Made by a program: the position numbers and the translations under genes. Shown piece by piece: positions 1-11,031 of a stretch of DNA of 64,000 bases (position 1 is its first letter; every line of letters begins with the position of its first letter). The stretch spans positions 86,986,001 to 87,050,000 of the forward strand of contig NC_043004.1 of assembly GCF_006345805.1 (NCBI RefSeq). The letters are read 5' to 3'. The notes under the pieces were generated by a model, which was not told the DNA's origin, did not search any database, and worked only from the letters and a program-made list of their open reading frames with translations. This stretch comes from Octopus sinensis (taxonomy: Eukaryota).

Positions 1-978
1 CTTGTGCGGGACAAGGGGGCACATTAAAAAAGAGTGCCCGTTATACGAATTCGTAGCGGAGTGCGAGCAGGAACTTGAAGAAAAGAAGAATACGGTAAAT
101 GAAAAAGAAAACATAGAAAAGGAAACAAAACAAGAGAAAGGAAATAATAAGTCAATGAAGGAAAAAGAAATAAAAGAAAAGAAAGAAATAGAACCAAAAC
201 AGAGTCAGGAAAAAAAAAAGGAAAAAGAAACAACAGGAAAAAAACAAGAGAGAGATCAGAATCAAACGAAAAGAAAAGACAGCACACAAAAAGAAAAAGA
301 AAAGGAACATAAAACACGAGAGAAAGAGAGAACAGACAAAGAACCAAAAAGACAAGAGAAGGAAGAAGAAAGAAAAGAAGGCAAAAAGAGAGAAAGAGAG
401 AAACAAAGAGAGGAGAACAAGGAAGAAATAAGCCCGAAAAGAAAAACGAGGGAAAACGTAGGACGGAAACAAGATTACTGCTTCTACAAGTTAGTAACCT
501 TCCATTTCTGCCCTGAAATGAAAGAATTGACATGTAATACGGAGGGACATATGGGTCAACAGGATGACCGATCAGTGGCAGGAGACTGCTCTAATCCCCG
601 AAGAAAGAGTCGCTGAGTTCCTCAGAGCTGCCGGAGAGAGTGTAACGTTTTACACGAGTGTTCGAGTGAGAGAGCGGCTGCCTGAGGGCTCAGTGATTGA
701 CTTTAGAGAATTGAAAACTATTATGGAATATGTATAGAATTGTGAGAAGAGAGAGAAGAAAGAAGAGAAAAAAGAAAATATTGTGAAATATATGTGACGA
801 AAATGTAACCTCTCGATTCCGGGGATCGAGTGGGCATTTACATCTCATTGTAAATATTCTTTCATATGTCATTTTTACTTTTATTTTTTCCTTTTCTTGT
901 CATTCGCTTTCTTATTTTAAGTTCCCCGATTGTATTGTCCCCTCTATGTTCGCCCCTTGTGGGTAATAATAAAATCAC
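1..978 (+). mobile_element. Copy 1 (cut by the window edge) of a ~1.78-kb ORF1-only retroelement-like tandem unit
   Basis: 1-978 aligns with 1779-2762 (offset 1778-1784, about 98% identical by eye); both end in GGGTAATAATAAAATCAC. Confidence 0.85.
2..737 (+). pseudogene. 3' part of the same ORF1-like gene in copy 1
   Basis: Knuckle tail and K/E-rich tract nearly identical to copy 2; a 2-nt deletion near 548-552 shifts the frame; CAG at 573-575 where copy 2 has TAG; terminal stop at 735-737. Confidence 0.75.
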
Positions 979-2762
979 CTGGCTCCAAGCTATACGTGTT
1001 GTTATCTGTGACTAGATAGTGAAACTTTGTTCTGTGTAAATTGATTATTATCGCGCGAGGCGTTTGCCTCCACGTGTGGAAACGTTCCGAAGAAGGTGAA
1101 TTGACCCTCTAGTCATGGCGACTTACGCGGGGGTCACGGGAAAAAAAAATAATGATTTGTCGATAATCGTGAAGGATGTTTTCTTTGAGAAGAGTAAACT
1201 CAAAGAATATGAAAAGCTCTTCAAAAGGGAGGGTGATAGCGTGAAGCTAATCCCCCCCGCGAAAGCAAAAGAGGACAAAGAAAACAAGACAGTGACATAT
1301 AGAACCCAAGACAAAAATACGAAGAAACTGGCAAGAGTGGAGATAGCCGAAATCGAAAAATGTCTGGGAGACATAATGGGGAAATCGACCTACGTGAGTA
1401 GAGGCAAGAAATTTGGTACGGTGGAGGTGAGATGTGCAACGGAAGAAATTGCAGCCTCACTGGCTACCACTGTACTAAGAGCCGAAAAATTTATAATGTG
1501 GCCCTCATACAAGGGAGAAGAGGGGTCCGGGTTAAAATCCCGAATATACCCCCAGAAGTGAAAACAGAATGGCTGGCAACAGCTATTCTAGGAGCAGCAG
1601 AAGAGGAAGTGGAGGTGGAATCCTTTAAGGAGTCCAACGCGATAAACTGGAGAGGATATGGGGTAGAACTGTGTTTGATGGCCACAAAAGAGGACATTGA
1701 AAGGTTCCCCTACAGAATAGAAATTGAAGATGAGAAAACCCTCAGTGTAATTGTAGAGGGAAGAAAACCCAACTGTTACTTGTGCGGGACAAGGGGGCAC
1801 ATTAAAAAAGAGTGCCCGTTATACGAATTCGTAGCGGAGTGCGAGCAGGAACTTGAAGAAAAGAAGAATACGGTAAATGAAAAAGAAAACATAGAAAAGG
1901 AAACAAAACAACAAGAGAAAGGAAATAATAAGTCAATGAAGGAAAAAGAAATAAAAGAAAAGAAAGAAATAGAACCAAAACAGAGTCAGGAAAAAAAAAA
2001 GGAAAAAGAAACAACAGGAAAAAAACAAGAGAGAGATCAGAATCAAACGAAAAGAAAAGACGGCACACAAAAAGAAAAAGAAAAGGAACATAAAACACGA
2101 GAGAAAGAGAGAACAGACAAAGAACCAAAAAGACAAGAGAAAGAAGGAGAAAGAAAAGAAGGCAAAAAGAGAGAAAGAGAGAAACAAAGAGAGGAGAACA
2201 AGGAAGAAATAAGCCCGAAAAGAAAAATGAAGGAAAACGTAGGACGGAAACAAGATTACTGCTTCTACAAGTTAGTAACTTTCCATTTCTGCCCTGAAAT
2301 GAAAGAATTGACATGTAATACGGAGGGACATATATGGGTCAACAGGATGACCGATTAGTGGCAGGAGACTGCTCTAATCCCCGAAGAAAGAGTCGCTGAG
2401 TTCCTCAGAGCTGCCGGAGAGAGTGTAACGTTTTACACGAGTGTTCGAGTGAGAGAGCGGCTGCCTGAGGGCTCAGTGATGGACTTTAGAGAATTGAAAG
2501 CTATCATGGAATATGTATAGAATTGTGAGAAGAGAGAGAAGAAAGAAGAGAAAAAAGAAAATATTGTTAAATATATGTGACGAAAATGTAACCTCTCGAT
2601 TCCGGGGATCGAGTGGGCATTTACATCTCATTGTAAATATTCTTTCATATGTCATTTTTTACTTTTATTTTTTCCTTTTCTTGTCATTCGCTTTCTTATT
2701 TTAAGTTCCCCGATTGTATTGTCCCCTCTATGTTGGCCCCTTGTGGGTAATAATAAAATCAC
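979..2762 (+). mobile_element. Copy 2 (complete unit) of the ORF1-only, HAL1-like L1/Tx1-type element
   Basis: CpG-containing ~135-bp leader, one ORF1-like reading frame, T-rich 3' region with AATAAA; no RT or endonuclease sequence in the unit. Clade assignment is an inference from protein motifs. Confidence 0.7.
1115..2520 (+). pseudogene. Disrupted ORF1/gag-like nucleic-acid-binding protein (~468 aa reconstructed) with one CCHC zinc knuckle and a K/E-rich tract
   Basis: ORF 1115-1561 (MATYAGVT...WPSYK) joins ORF 1432-2358 (GRRGVRVKIPNIPPEV...) by a 1-nt frameshift near 1511-1515. CYLCGTRGHIKKEC (C-x2-C-x4-H-x4-C) lies at 1774-1815. The frame continues past TAG 2356-2358 to TAG 2518-2520. 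Confidence 0.75.
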
Positions 2763-3959
2763 ATCTGGCGGCAAGTATCAATGTATGTTAGGTATTCTTC
2801 TACACGGCTCAGCGAATCTTGTTACATTTCATCCGACCACTTAAAGTAATTCAAATTTTCACGGGATTCTTTTTCAAATTTTCTATACTGATGTGACTTC
2901 TTTATTATTAATTTCTGGGGGTGGGGGGATGAATGCAATTTTCATCCTCAGCATGAAAAATTACATGTTTCTAAAAATAATGACGAAATTTGAAATACTT
3001 CGGAGAGTGGTTGGAAGAAATTTGACAAGATCCGCCGACTCAGCCAAGAATTATAAAGAAACATTTTACATTTAGCTGTTTTGTTTTTGAAGGTATTTCA
3101 GCATTAATTACACGTATATCACCCACCCACCCATTATGAAAAATTCTTAAAATTTTTTGCTCAACTGAAATTGTCTTTTACTTGAAACATGTCAGCTTTC
3201 TTTGAAACCTTTCATTTCAGGTTGACAAAGGCCAATACATTTTAATTGCTTCAGGGAAAAGCTAGAGGAAATAGCATTTTAACGTTGTTTGATTCTTTTT
3301 AATCAAAGCAATTTCCTTCCATTGAATTGATTCAAACAAACTTCATTGTAACTCTTTTAAGAGTCAGTGATGAGTCTATATGACTGATGTATTCATTTAA
3401 CTTTCTGGAATGTTTATTTTTACATATTATATGTTATTATAAACAGCGCATTTATAGATTTTCTCATTATTTGTCACTTATATAATCAGATTCATAATAG
3501 CGCCATTAAATGACAATTATGCTTCATTCTCTCTATTCTGGCTGTATCATTTTCCAATTACTTCAAGCGTAATTCGAAGCAATTTGCTATTTCTACTTGG
3601 AGTGTTTCTACTAGCACTACATGTTACTTTGGTTCTTGCTATTTTCTATTTTTAAGTTTAAACTATAAAACATATTTGAGGGCATTGCGTCTATCGCAGT
3701 AGTTCTTAAACGGTATATCGGAAGTAGCATCAAGTGCACCGTGGATTATTAATATAATTTATGATTTCAGAAAATCCATATCGATGCTTGAATGACTTGA
3801 AAAACGAGTTATACATAATTTTGTTTACACGCAAATCTGATTTAATAAAGCCAGGTTAGCATCTGAATAATTATCATCACCCCAGGTGTTGTCACCTGAA
3901 GATTCGCCAAGGAATCGGCATCTTGCCAAATCTTGGGTGACAATTCGATGAAGATACAG

Positions 3960-4860
3960 TTTAAGCCTCGGTCACGACCCCCCCCCCCAAAAAAAAAACC
4001 CAGCCTACTAGATGTAAAAAAAAAAATGTGTAGAAAACGAATATGAAAACAAAAATTTGCGCAAACGAACGGGTGGATGGGTAGGAAGAAGACTTTTGAA
4101 AAATTCACAAGATCCGATTTTTCCCTTGTAACTTTCAGGAAATGGATATATATCAATGGAATTTTATAGAAATACCGTTCAAATGGCACAAATTACGATT
4201 ATAAAGAAGGGGTGGGAGGAGGATTTCGGAAAATTCACATGATCCGATTTTTTTTATCCTCATAGCTTTCAGGAAAATGGACATCTTTCAATGAAAATTT
4301 ACCGAAACCCCTTTCAAACAGCGTAGATTGCGATTATAAAGAAATGTGTGGGGAAGATATTTTCCAAAGGGGTGAGGAGAGGGCTGTTGGAAAGTTCACA
4401 CAGTTTGTTTTTTTCACTCTCATAACTTTCAGGATCTAGTTTAGCACCCGGTCACAAAAACGGACCCCCCAACCCCCCAAAAGACCAGTCTAATAGGTGT
4501 AAAAAAAAACGTATAGAGAATGGATATGAAAAAAAAAATTGCGCAAACATACATGTCCATACCTTTGTCTTGGTTGGTAATTATTTGACGGTAACAATTC
4601 GAGAGAGGACGGTATAACTTGGCTGCCTCTCTCCCCAACCCTTCGGAAAACATTTTCCCCACAAATTTCTTTATAATCATAATCTATGCTGTTTGAAAGG
4701 TGTTTCTGTAAAATTTCCTTAAAAGATATCCATTTTCCTGAAAGTTATGAGGGTAAAAAAAATGGATCGAGTGAATTTTCTGAAATCTTCTCCTCACCCC
4801 TTAGAATTTTCTTTATAATCGTAATTTGTGCCATTTGAACGGTATTTCTATAAAATTTCA
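3960..4860. repeat. Modular direct plus inverted repeat (foldback/MITE-like)
   Basis: A ~130-150-bp module repeats at ~4090, ~4222 and (partially) ~4385. ~4640-4860 is the reverse complement of ~4140-4370. ~3960-4070 repeats directly at ~4441-4550. Confidence 0.7.
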
Positions 4861-4903
4861 ACAATGTTATATAAGTATATATTTATACTTATATAACATT
4901 GTT
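4860..4903. repeat. Perfect 20-bp-arm palindrome with 4-nt loop
   Basis: AACAATGTTATATAAGTATA-TATT-TATACTTATATAACATTGTT. Confidence 0.9.
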
Positions 4904-4927
4904 ATGTAAGAATAAATACATTATAAA

Positions 4928-5206
4928 CAGGATATGGCACTTAGGTCTAAACTGCTTTAGTCTAAGACATTTTGGTCTAAAAGCATTTTAGTCTAAAGAC
5001 AAAAAGGATTATTAGAGTATAATTATTTAGATAGATCTTTTACATTTTTTTTAGATTCTATTTACAAAATAGTTATTAGACCAAAGTGAGTTTAGACAAA
5101 AATGTCTTTAGACTATAGTGTATTTATCGAAAAATCACCTTTGACCAAAGTTCTTTAGACCATAGCGCATAAGACCGAAGTGTTTTAGACAAAAATTCCT
5201 GGATCC
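4928..5206. mobile_element. Small foldback-type element with ~16-bp subterminal repeats in inverted orientation
   Basis: The left side has tandem (T)TRGTCTAAA motifs; the right side has the complementary TTTAGAC/TTAGACC motifs at a similar period. Confidence 0.5.
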
Positions 5207-5722
5207 TTATAAACTGATCTGATACCTGTTGAGTGCTTGTTTATGCTTTTATTCTATCTGGGTTTCTCAATTTTTAGCTTAAAAAACCCCCAAAAATTGC
5301 TTTACAAAGAGCTCCAATAATTGTTGAATATGATCTTCATTGCACCATGAAGATAAAAAGATTGAAAAACCTTCATCTATTGTGTATTGAATCTCCTAAT
5401 TATAAATTGATCCTAACACCTCCCATCTCAATGAATTCAGAATATTTCAATCTACATTCCATTAAAGTCTTAGTGAATTAGATGTTGGGAATATCAGGCA
5501 AATATTGATTTTAAACTTAGAGTAGGGAAAAGATTGTGTGAGCGTCATTTTTTTTTTCATAAATATTAGAATCCTTAGTGAAGTGAATTTGCATTAATTG
5601 AGAATTGTAATTCACTTGTCGCTTTAGCTTGCTGTGTGCTCAGTGTTTCATGAAGATCATGGATTGAGCCTTTACACTTGTTTGAATTGCTAGAAATAGT
5701 AGCCAAATACCCCTTAAATTAC

Positions 5723-6708
5723 TCATCATCATCATTATTTAACATCCACTTTCCATTCTGGCATAGGTTGGATGGTTTGACTGAGGGCTGGCAAGCTGGA
5801 AGGTTGCAACAGGTTCCAATCTGATCTGGCAAGGTTTCTACAGCTGGATGCGCTTCCTAATGCCAACCGCTCCAAGAGTGTAGTGGGTGCTTTTTACATG
5901 CCACTAGCATGGGAGCCAGTCAGGTGGCACTGGCATTGATCACGCTTGAATGGGGCTTTTTATGTGCCACCAGCATGGGAGCCAGTCAGGCATAGCACTA
6001 GCATCAGTCATACTTGAATGGTGGTTTTTATGTGCCACTGGTATGGGTGCCAGTCAGGCAGCATTGGCATTGGTCACGCTCAAATGGTGCTTTTTACATG
6101 CATCAGCCACATTTGAAGGGTGCTTTGTATGTGCCAGTGGCATAAGTGCCAGTCAGATGGCACTGGTATTGGCCACGACTATGATTTCACTTGGTTAAAC
6201 AGATCTTCACAAGCATGGCATAATGCCTGATGATTGAAGGGTGCTTTTAAATAGGCCAGTTATGCAACAGTGGCATCAGCCATGGCTTTGATCTCACTTG
6301 GATCTTCTCAAGCACAGCATATCTCCATTGCCTCTGTGATGTCCACAGGTTCTTCTACAGGTTCCCTCCACTGTTAGGGTGTGACACTTTTTCATACAGT
6401 TGTCCTCACCCATACACAACACATGACCATACCAGTGCAGTTGTCACTCTTGCACGCCACATCTGATGCTTCTTATGACCAATTTTTTCTCACGGTGCTT
6501 ACACTCTGTAATGAATGCACACTGACATTACACATCCAGCAGAGCACACCAGCTTCATTTCTTTCAAGCCTACGCATGTCCTCAACAGTCACAGCCCATG
6601 TTTCACTGCTGTGTAGCATGGCATTTCACACACAGGCATCATACAGTCTGCCTATCACTCTGAGCAAGAGGCGTTTTGTTACCAGCAAAGGTAGGAGCTC
6701 TCTGAACA
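5723..6708 (-). mobile_element. 5'-truncated, decayed RTE-clade LINE (end of ORF2, 3' UTR and (GAT)n tail)
   Basis: Minus-strand translation FRELLPLLVTKRLLLRVIGRLYDACV*NAMLHSSETWAV... is typical of RTE RT C-termini; same 3' UTR and tail as 15954-16931. Confidence 0.8.
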
Positions 6709-8254
6709 CTGTTTTCTAGGAAAAAAAAAAAGCAATGGTTGTAGAAGGAATATTTTAGATCAGAATTCTGCTCAATCATGGTTGATGTGAGGGTAGCTAA
6801 ACAGTAATTATTGAGTTTTTCTCTGTGTGTTCTGTAGAATTTACATTTTAAAAAGAAAGAACAAAAAAACCACAAAAGCAACTTGTTTTCTATTTTACTT
6901 ATAATGGGAACTTATTTTCAACTTAACACCAATGTGGAATTGGTAAACTTGTTCTATGTACAATATTCTAAAGTAGTGCTTGTCTTCTTGTCTATTATTA
7001 ATATTTATGCAAGTACTGTAAATGATAGGTGTGAGTAAAATGTGCTGGTTTATATCTGCATAAGTTTATTGTTCCTCTTGGATAATGTCGATGAACCACG
7101 AAGAATTATAACACGTCTGAGGGTTTGAACTTACTTCTGGTATTGAATTATATACTCTTGTTTATTATTCATGGCCTCGACCAAATGAATTACTATTATT
7201 GATTTATTTCATTATCATAAGGCACAAATTGACGGCGAAGATTTGCCGCTCTTAATAGTCAGCTAACAAATACCAAAATGGAGTCTAAATAAACACTTAA
7301 ATCTTGATGATGTTGAAGAAGCAACTGCATGGCTAGTACTGTTTAACTCAAACCTACTTACAGATGACACTAAGCCTGAACTGGTTTAGCCAAAATTCTT
7401 TGTATTAAGTTAACATCAGTGCACAATCCACAAACTGAAAGATGTCATATATGACAATCCAAGATTCTTCAGTTGAAGACTTTGTGTACTTTTGAAAAAT
7501 AAAACTTAGATTTGTCCAAGACAGGATAAAATTTTTGCCAAAGTCTTAATGTGCATACTTCTTTAAGTGAATTCTCTGCAATCAGAGTTGACCCAGAAGC
7601 AGTATATGAAATTTGTTTTTATCAATGAAATCCTTTAAACTCAAATAAAAATTCTTAATTGACTAAGAACTTCAACTAAAGTGTCCATTCTTATATGTCT
7701 TAACCTTGTTGTAATAAGGTAGTCAGCTTGAATGTTTGCTCTTGAATCAGTACTACAGCCAAGATATAATACAAAAGTATTTTACACTACTGCCGAGTCC
7801 TCTCATTAAGGAAAATTTATCTTGTGAGTAACAGCAAAGACAGGTAAAAAATCACATTTTTAGATCATTATATCCTTCTAGCTCCTGTTCTGCATATAGG
7901 AAGAAATTGTAAATTTGTCCACTTCAGCAAATTTTGCATGTGAAAAACCACTGTATTTTACCAAGTCTCTCTAATATTAATGTTTAGGTGATGAATCCTA
8001 AACTGTCTGATGTAAAGGAAGTAATTTTGAATATTAGTTCTCCGAGAAATGGTATCAAGTTAAGTGTGCATTGAATGTTTACTCAGTTCAAATGCAATTA
8101 GATATTGGTGCAGCAAATTTCATCATTCTAGCTTCACTGTTAACAAAGTTATCGTTAATAATTAAACCTGCTCTCAGTAGACATTTAACTTCTAATGACG
8201 ATCCTAAGTTAGAGGTAATTGGTAGTACAACTGCTTTGCTTGGCTTAGAATAAT

Positions 8255-8408
8255 AATAATAATCCTTTCTACTATTGGAGGAGACTAGTCAATTAGATCG
8301 ATCCCTGTGCTCAGCCTCGGTGGTATTTGAACTCAGAATGTAACAATGAACAAAATGCTGTTAAGCATTTTACCTAGTGTGCTAACGATTCTACCAGCTT
8401 GCCACTTT
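8255..8408 (-). mobile_element. SINE family B, internally deleted
   Basis: Reverse complement of the GCAAGCTGGTAGAATCGTTAGC head seen at 11911, 22101 and 23837; (ATT)n tail. Confidence 0.7.
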
Positions 8409-8645
8409 AATGATAATAATTAATAATAATTAATAATTAATAATAATAATTAATAATAATAATAATAATTAATAATAATAATTAATAATAATTAATAATT
8501 AATAATAATAATTAATAATAATAATAATAATTAATAATAATAATTAATAATAATAATTAATGATAATAATAATAATAATAATTAATAATAATTAATAATA
8601 ATAATTAATGATAATAATAATTTTAATAAGGATAAATAATAATAA
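8409..8645. repeat. (TAA)n microsatellite with periodic extra T (10/13-bp higher-order units)
   Basis: Seen directly. Confidence 0.95.
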
Positions 8646-9461
8646 AAACACACAGTTCAGCTTTGTTGTGGTTACCACCCTTTATAACTTCAAATTAAAA
8701 GGTGCAGATGCTCTGAAAGTTATTTTCTTCTATTTACCATTAATAAAAGATTATAATGTAAAATGAACTTCAAAAGTTTCAAGTGAGGGGAATTATAACT
8801 CTGTATCGATGAAATGATCAACAATGTATCAATTGTATAGATGCAAAAGAAAAAAATGGTGAAATAAGAATGTGTGCTAATTACAAAGTACATTTAAATA
8901 ATGAGGTTCACATTTTTTCTCATTTTGAAACTATGTTCACTGATATGCAAAAGGCAAAGTTTTTCCTCCCCAATTGGTGGCAGATTATTTTGAATCGAGA
9001 CTGAGAGATTGTGTTTGGTAAATACAAGCAATGATAAAAACTTGGCTAATAAACTTCAGCTGGTCTCAAAGACAGCAGCTTCATGTTCCAATATTGTATG
9101 GAGTCTTATACCGAAGGGAATCAATAGGATAATTATCAAGATGAAATACTTATCTTTGCATTAGAATTGAAAAATCAAGAATCTAGCAGTTATTGCTAGA
9201 CTGAAAGGAGCCAGTGTATCAATTAATCCAAATAAACACACTGAAATGCATTGATCATGCATCTTTTACAGATTTCCTAGGAATGAATATTCTCAAAGAA
9301 TGGGATCAAACCATCATATAGCCTAATAAATAAAATTCAACAAATTACTGCTCCTAAATCAAAAGAATATATTGAGAAATATTTGGGGGTTGATAAACTA
9401 TATTCACTGATTCATAGCAAATACTGGTTTATATTGAAGTCTTGTTGCTAAGAGTCTTGTT

Positions 9462-9858
9462 GCGCAGGAGTGGCTGTGTGGTAAGTAGCTTGCTTACGAA
9501 CCACATGGTTCCGGGTTCAGTCCCACTGCGTGGCACCTTGGACAAGTGTCTTCTACTATAGCCTTGGGCCGACCAAAGCCTTGTGAGTGGATTTCGTAGA
9601 CGGAAACTGAAAGAAGCCCGGCGTATATATGTATATATATATATATGTGTGTGTCTGTGTTTGTCCCCCCAACATCGCTTGACAACCGATGCTGGTGTGT
9701 TTACGTCCCCGTAACTTAGCGGTTCAGCAAAAGAGACCGATAGAATAAGTACTAGGCTTACAAAGAATAAATCCTGGAGTCGATTTGCTCGACTAAAGGC
9801 AGTGCTCCAGCATGGCCACAGTCAAATGACTGAAACAAGTAAAAGAGTAAAAAAAGAG
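9462..9858 (+). mobile_element. Full-length tRNA-derived SINE family A (CORE-like; octopus OR/OK-type)
   Basis: Head GCGCAGGAGTGGCTGTGTGGTAAG with A/B-box-like motifs, CORE-like CCTTGGRCAAGTG, internal TA/TG microsatellite, AAAGAGT tail; many copies in the window. The family name is from recollection and unverified. Confidence 0.85.
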
Positions 9859-9869
9859 AGGAATGTCTT

Positions 9870-10212
9870 TATTTGGGGAATGCATTAAGAGCAGACCATT
9901 GAAAAGACAACTTACAAAATGTCGTGTTTAGGCAAGTTTTTATTGACTGTAAAATAGGATCACCAAGCATAGATTGGCATATTTTGGTCATATTATATGG
10001 AGAAAATCCCTGGAGAAGGACATCATGCTTGGAATGGTCAGTGGCAAGAGAGGAAGAGGCTAACCAAGAACCTGCTGGTTTGACACCATCAAGAGTGACA
10101 CGGGAATGGCCATAGCCCATCTGAAAGAAGCGACCCAGGATAGAACTGGCTGGAGAACACTGATCCATCGAGTAACTGAGAGTCGACTTCGACTGAGCGG
10201 ATAGATAGATAG
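9870..10212 (+). mobile_element. 3' fragment of a second, BovB-like RTE LINE lineage
   Basis: Translates ITKHRLAYFGHIIWRKSLEKDIMLGMVSGKRGRG*PRTCWFDTIK (RTE ORF2 C-terminal motif); (GATA)n tail. Confidence 0.7.
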
Positions 10213-10663
10213 TTAAAATAACTTTCACTGAGAATGCTCTTGAATTTGTAGTTGTAAAAACATCTCAAAATGGAAAGCTTACTATATGAGTTAGTAATAC
10301 ATCTAATTACTCATCTAAGTCTTTGGCATCTTGGCCATCAGCAACTTTTCTCCATTGTTGTCGACTCTGGGCTGTCTTTTCCTCTTCTAGACCTTGTTGG
10401 TTTTGAATTGTCATTTGTTTTGTCTTTAATTTTGCTTTTTTAATTTTTGGTAGGGGTTTGTGTATTGGGTCTACACAAACCAATTTGTACTACTCGTAAG
10501 AGCTGGTCCACATTAGTCTGGCCTCTATCCTTTGACATGTCCAGCATAGAAGTCCCTACCAAGATCTTGCATTTTGCTGGCATAGCTGTGAGGGTCATTG
10601 AGGCACACTAGCCACTACAGCTCAATAAGGACTGGAACTTGTGGTGGTTTATACTTGAGAGTA

Positions 10664-11031
10664 TTTTTATTTGTTTCAGTCATTGGACATGGTGGGGCAT
10701 GTTTTGGGGAGTTTACTTCATCAGACTAACCAGAGTACATTTCTAAAGTCTGGTACATATTCTATGACTCTCGATTTGCCAAACTGCAAAGTTGCAGAGA
10801 CATAAACAAACCAACACAAATTGTCAAACAGTGAGACACACACACACACACACATATACAAAGAGCTTTTTGAACAATTTTTGTCTACCAAATTTACTCA
10901 TAAGGCATTGGTTGGCCTGGAGCTATTAATAGAAGACACTTGTGACAAGGTGCTGCACAGTGGGACTGAACTCAAACCAACATAGTGGTAAAGCAAACTT
11001 TTTAATTCTTAATTACACAGCCATGTCTGCA
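10664..11031 (-). mobile_element. SINE family A, diverged
   Basis: Reverse complement of the 9462-9858 family. Confidence 0.75.

Noticed and set aside
24-2314. Minus-strand Phe/Leu-rich ORFs (24-533, 152-472, 1802-2314, 1933-2253)
   Set aside because: Antisense shadows of the A-rich K/E-coding tract.
641-2763. Reading the tandem unit as an LTR element (purine run then TGTAAC at 641/2424, ending ATCAC(A) at ~979/2763)
   Set aside because: The reconstructed ORF reads ~95 nt through the supposed LTR start, only 7 nt match a possible primer-binding site, and homology continues upstream of 641, so simple tandem units explain the data. Not fully excluded.
7135-7262. Possible minus-strand exon (TTAG acceptor, GCCATG, AA|GTAAGT donor)
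   Set aside because: All three frames have early stops, the short MNNKQEYIIQYQ peptide is unrecognisable, and no partner exon was found.
7230-7900. Stop-interrupted protein-like translation on the + strand
   Set aside because: No recognisable motif; may be an old transposon relic but cannot be supported.
9462-9540. tRNA gene
   Set aside because: tRNA-like SINE head only; no complete cloverleaf was found here or elsewhere in the window.
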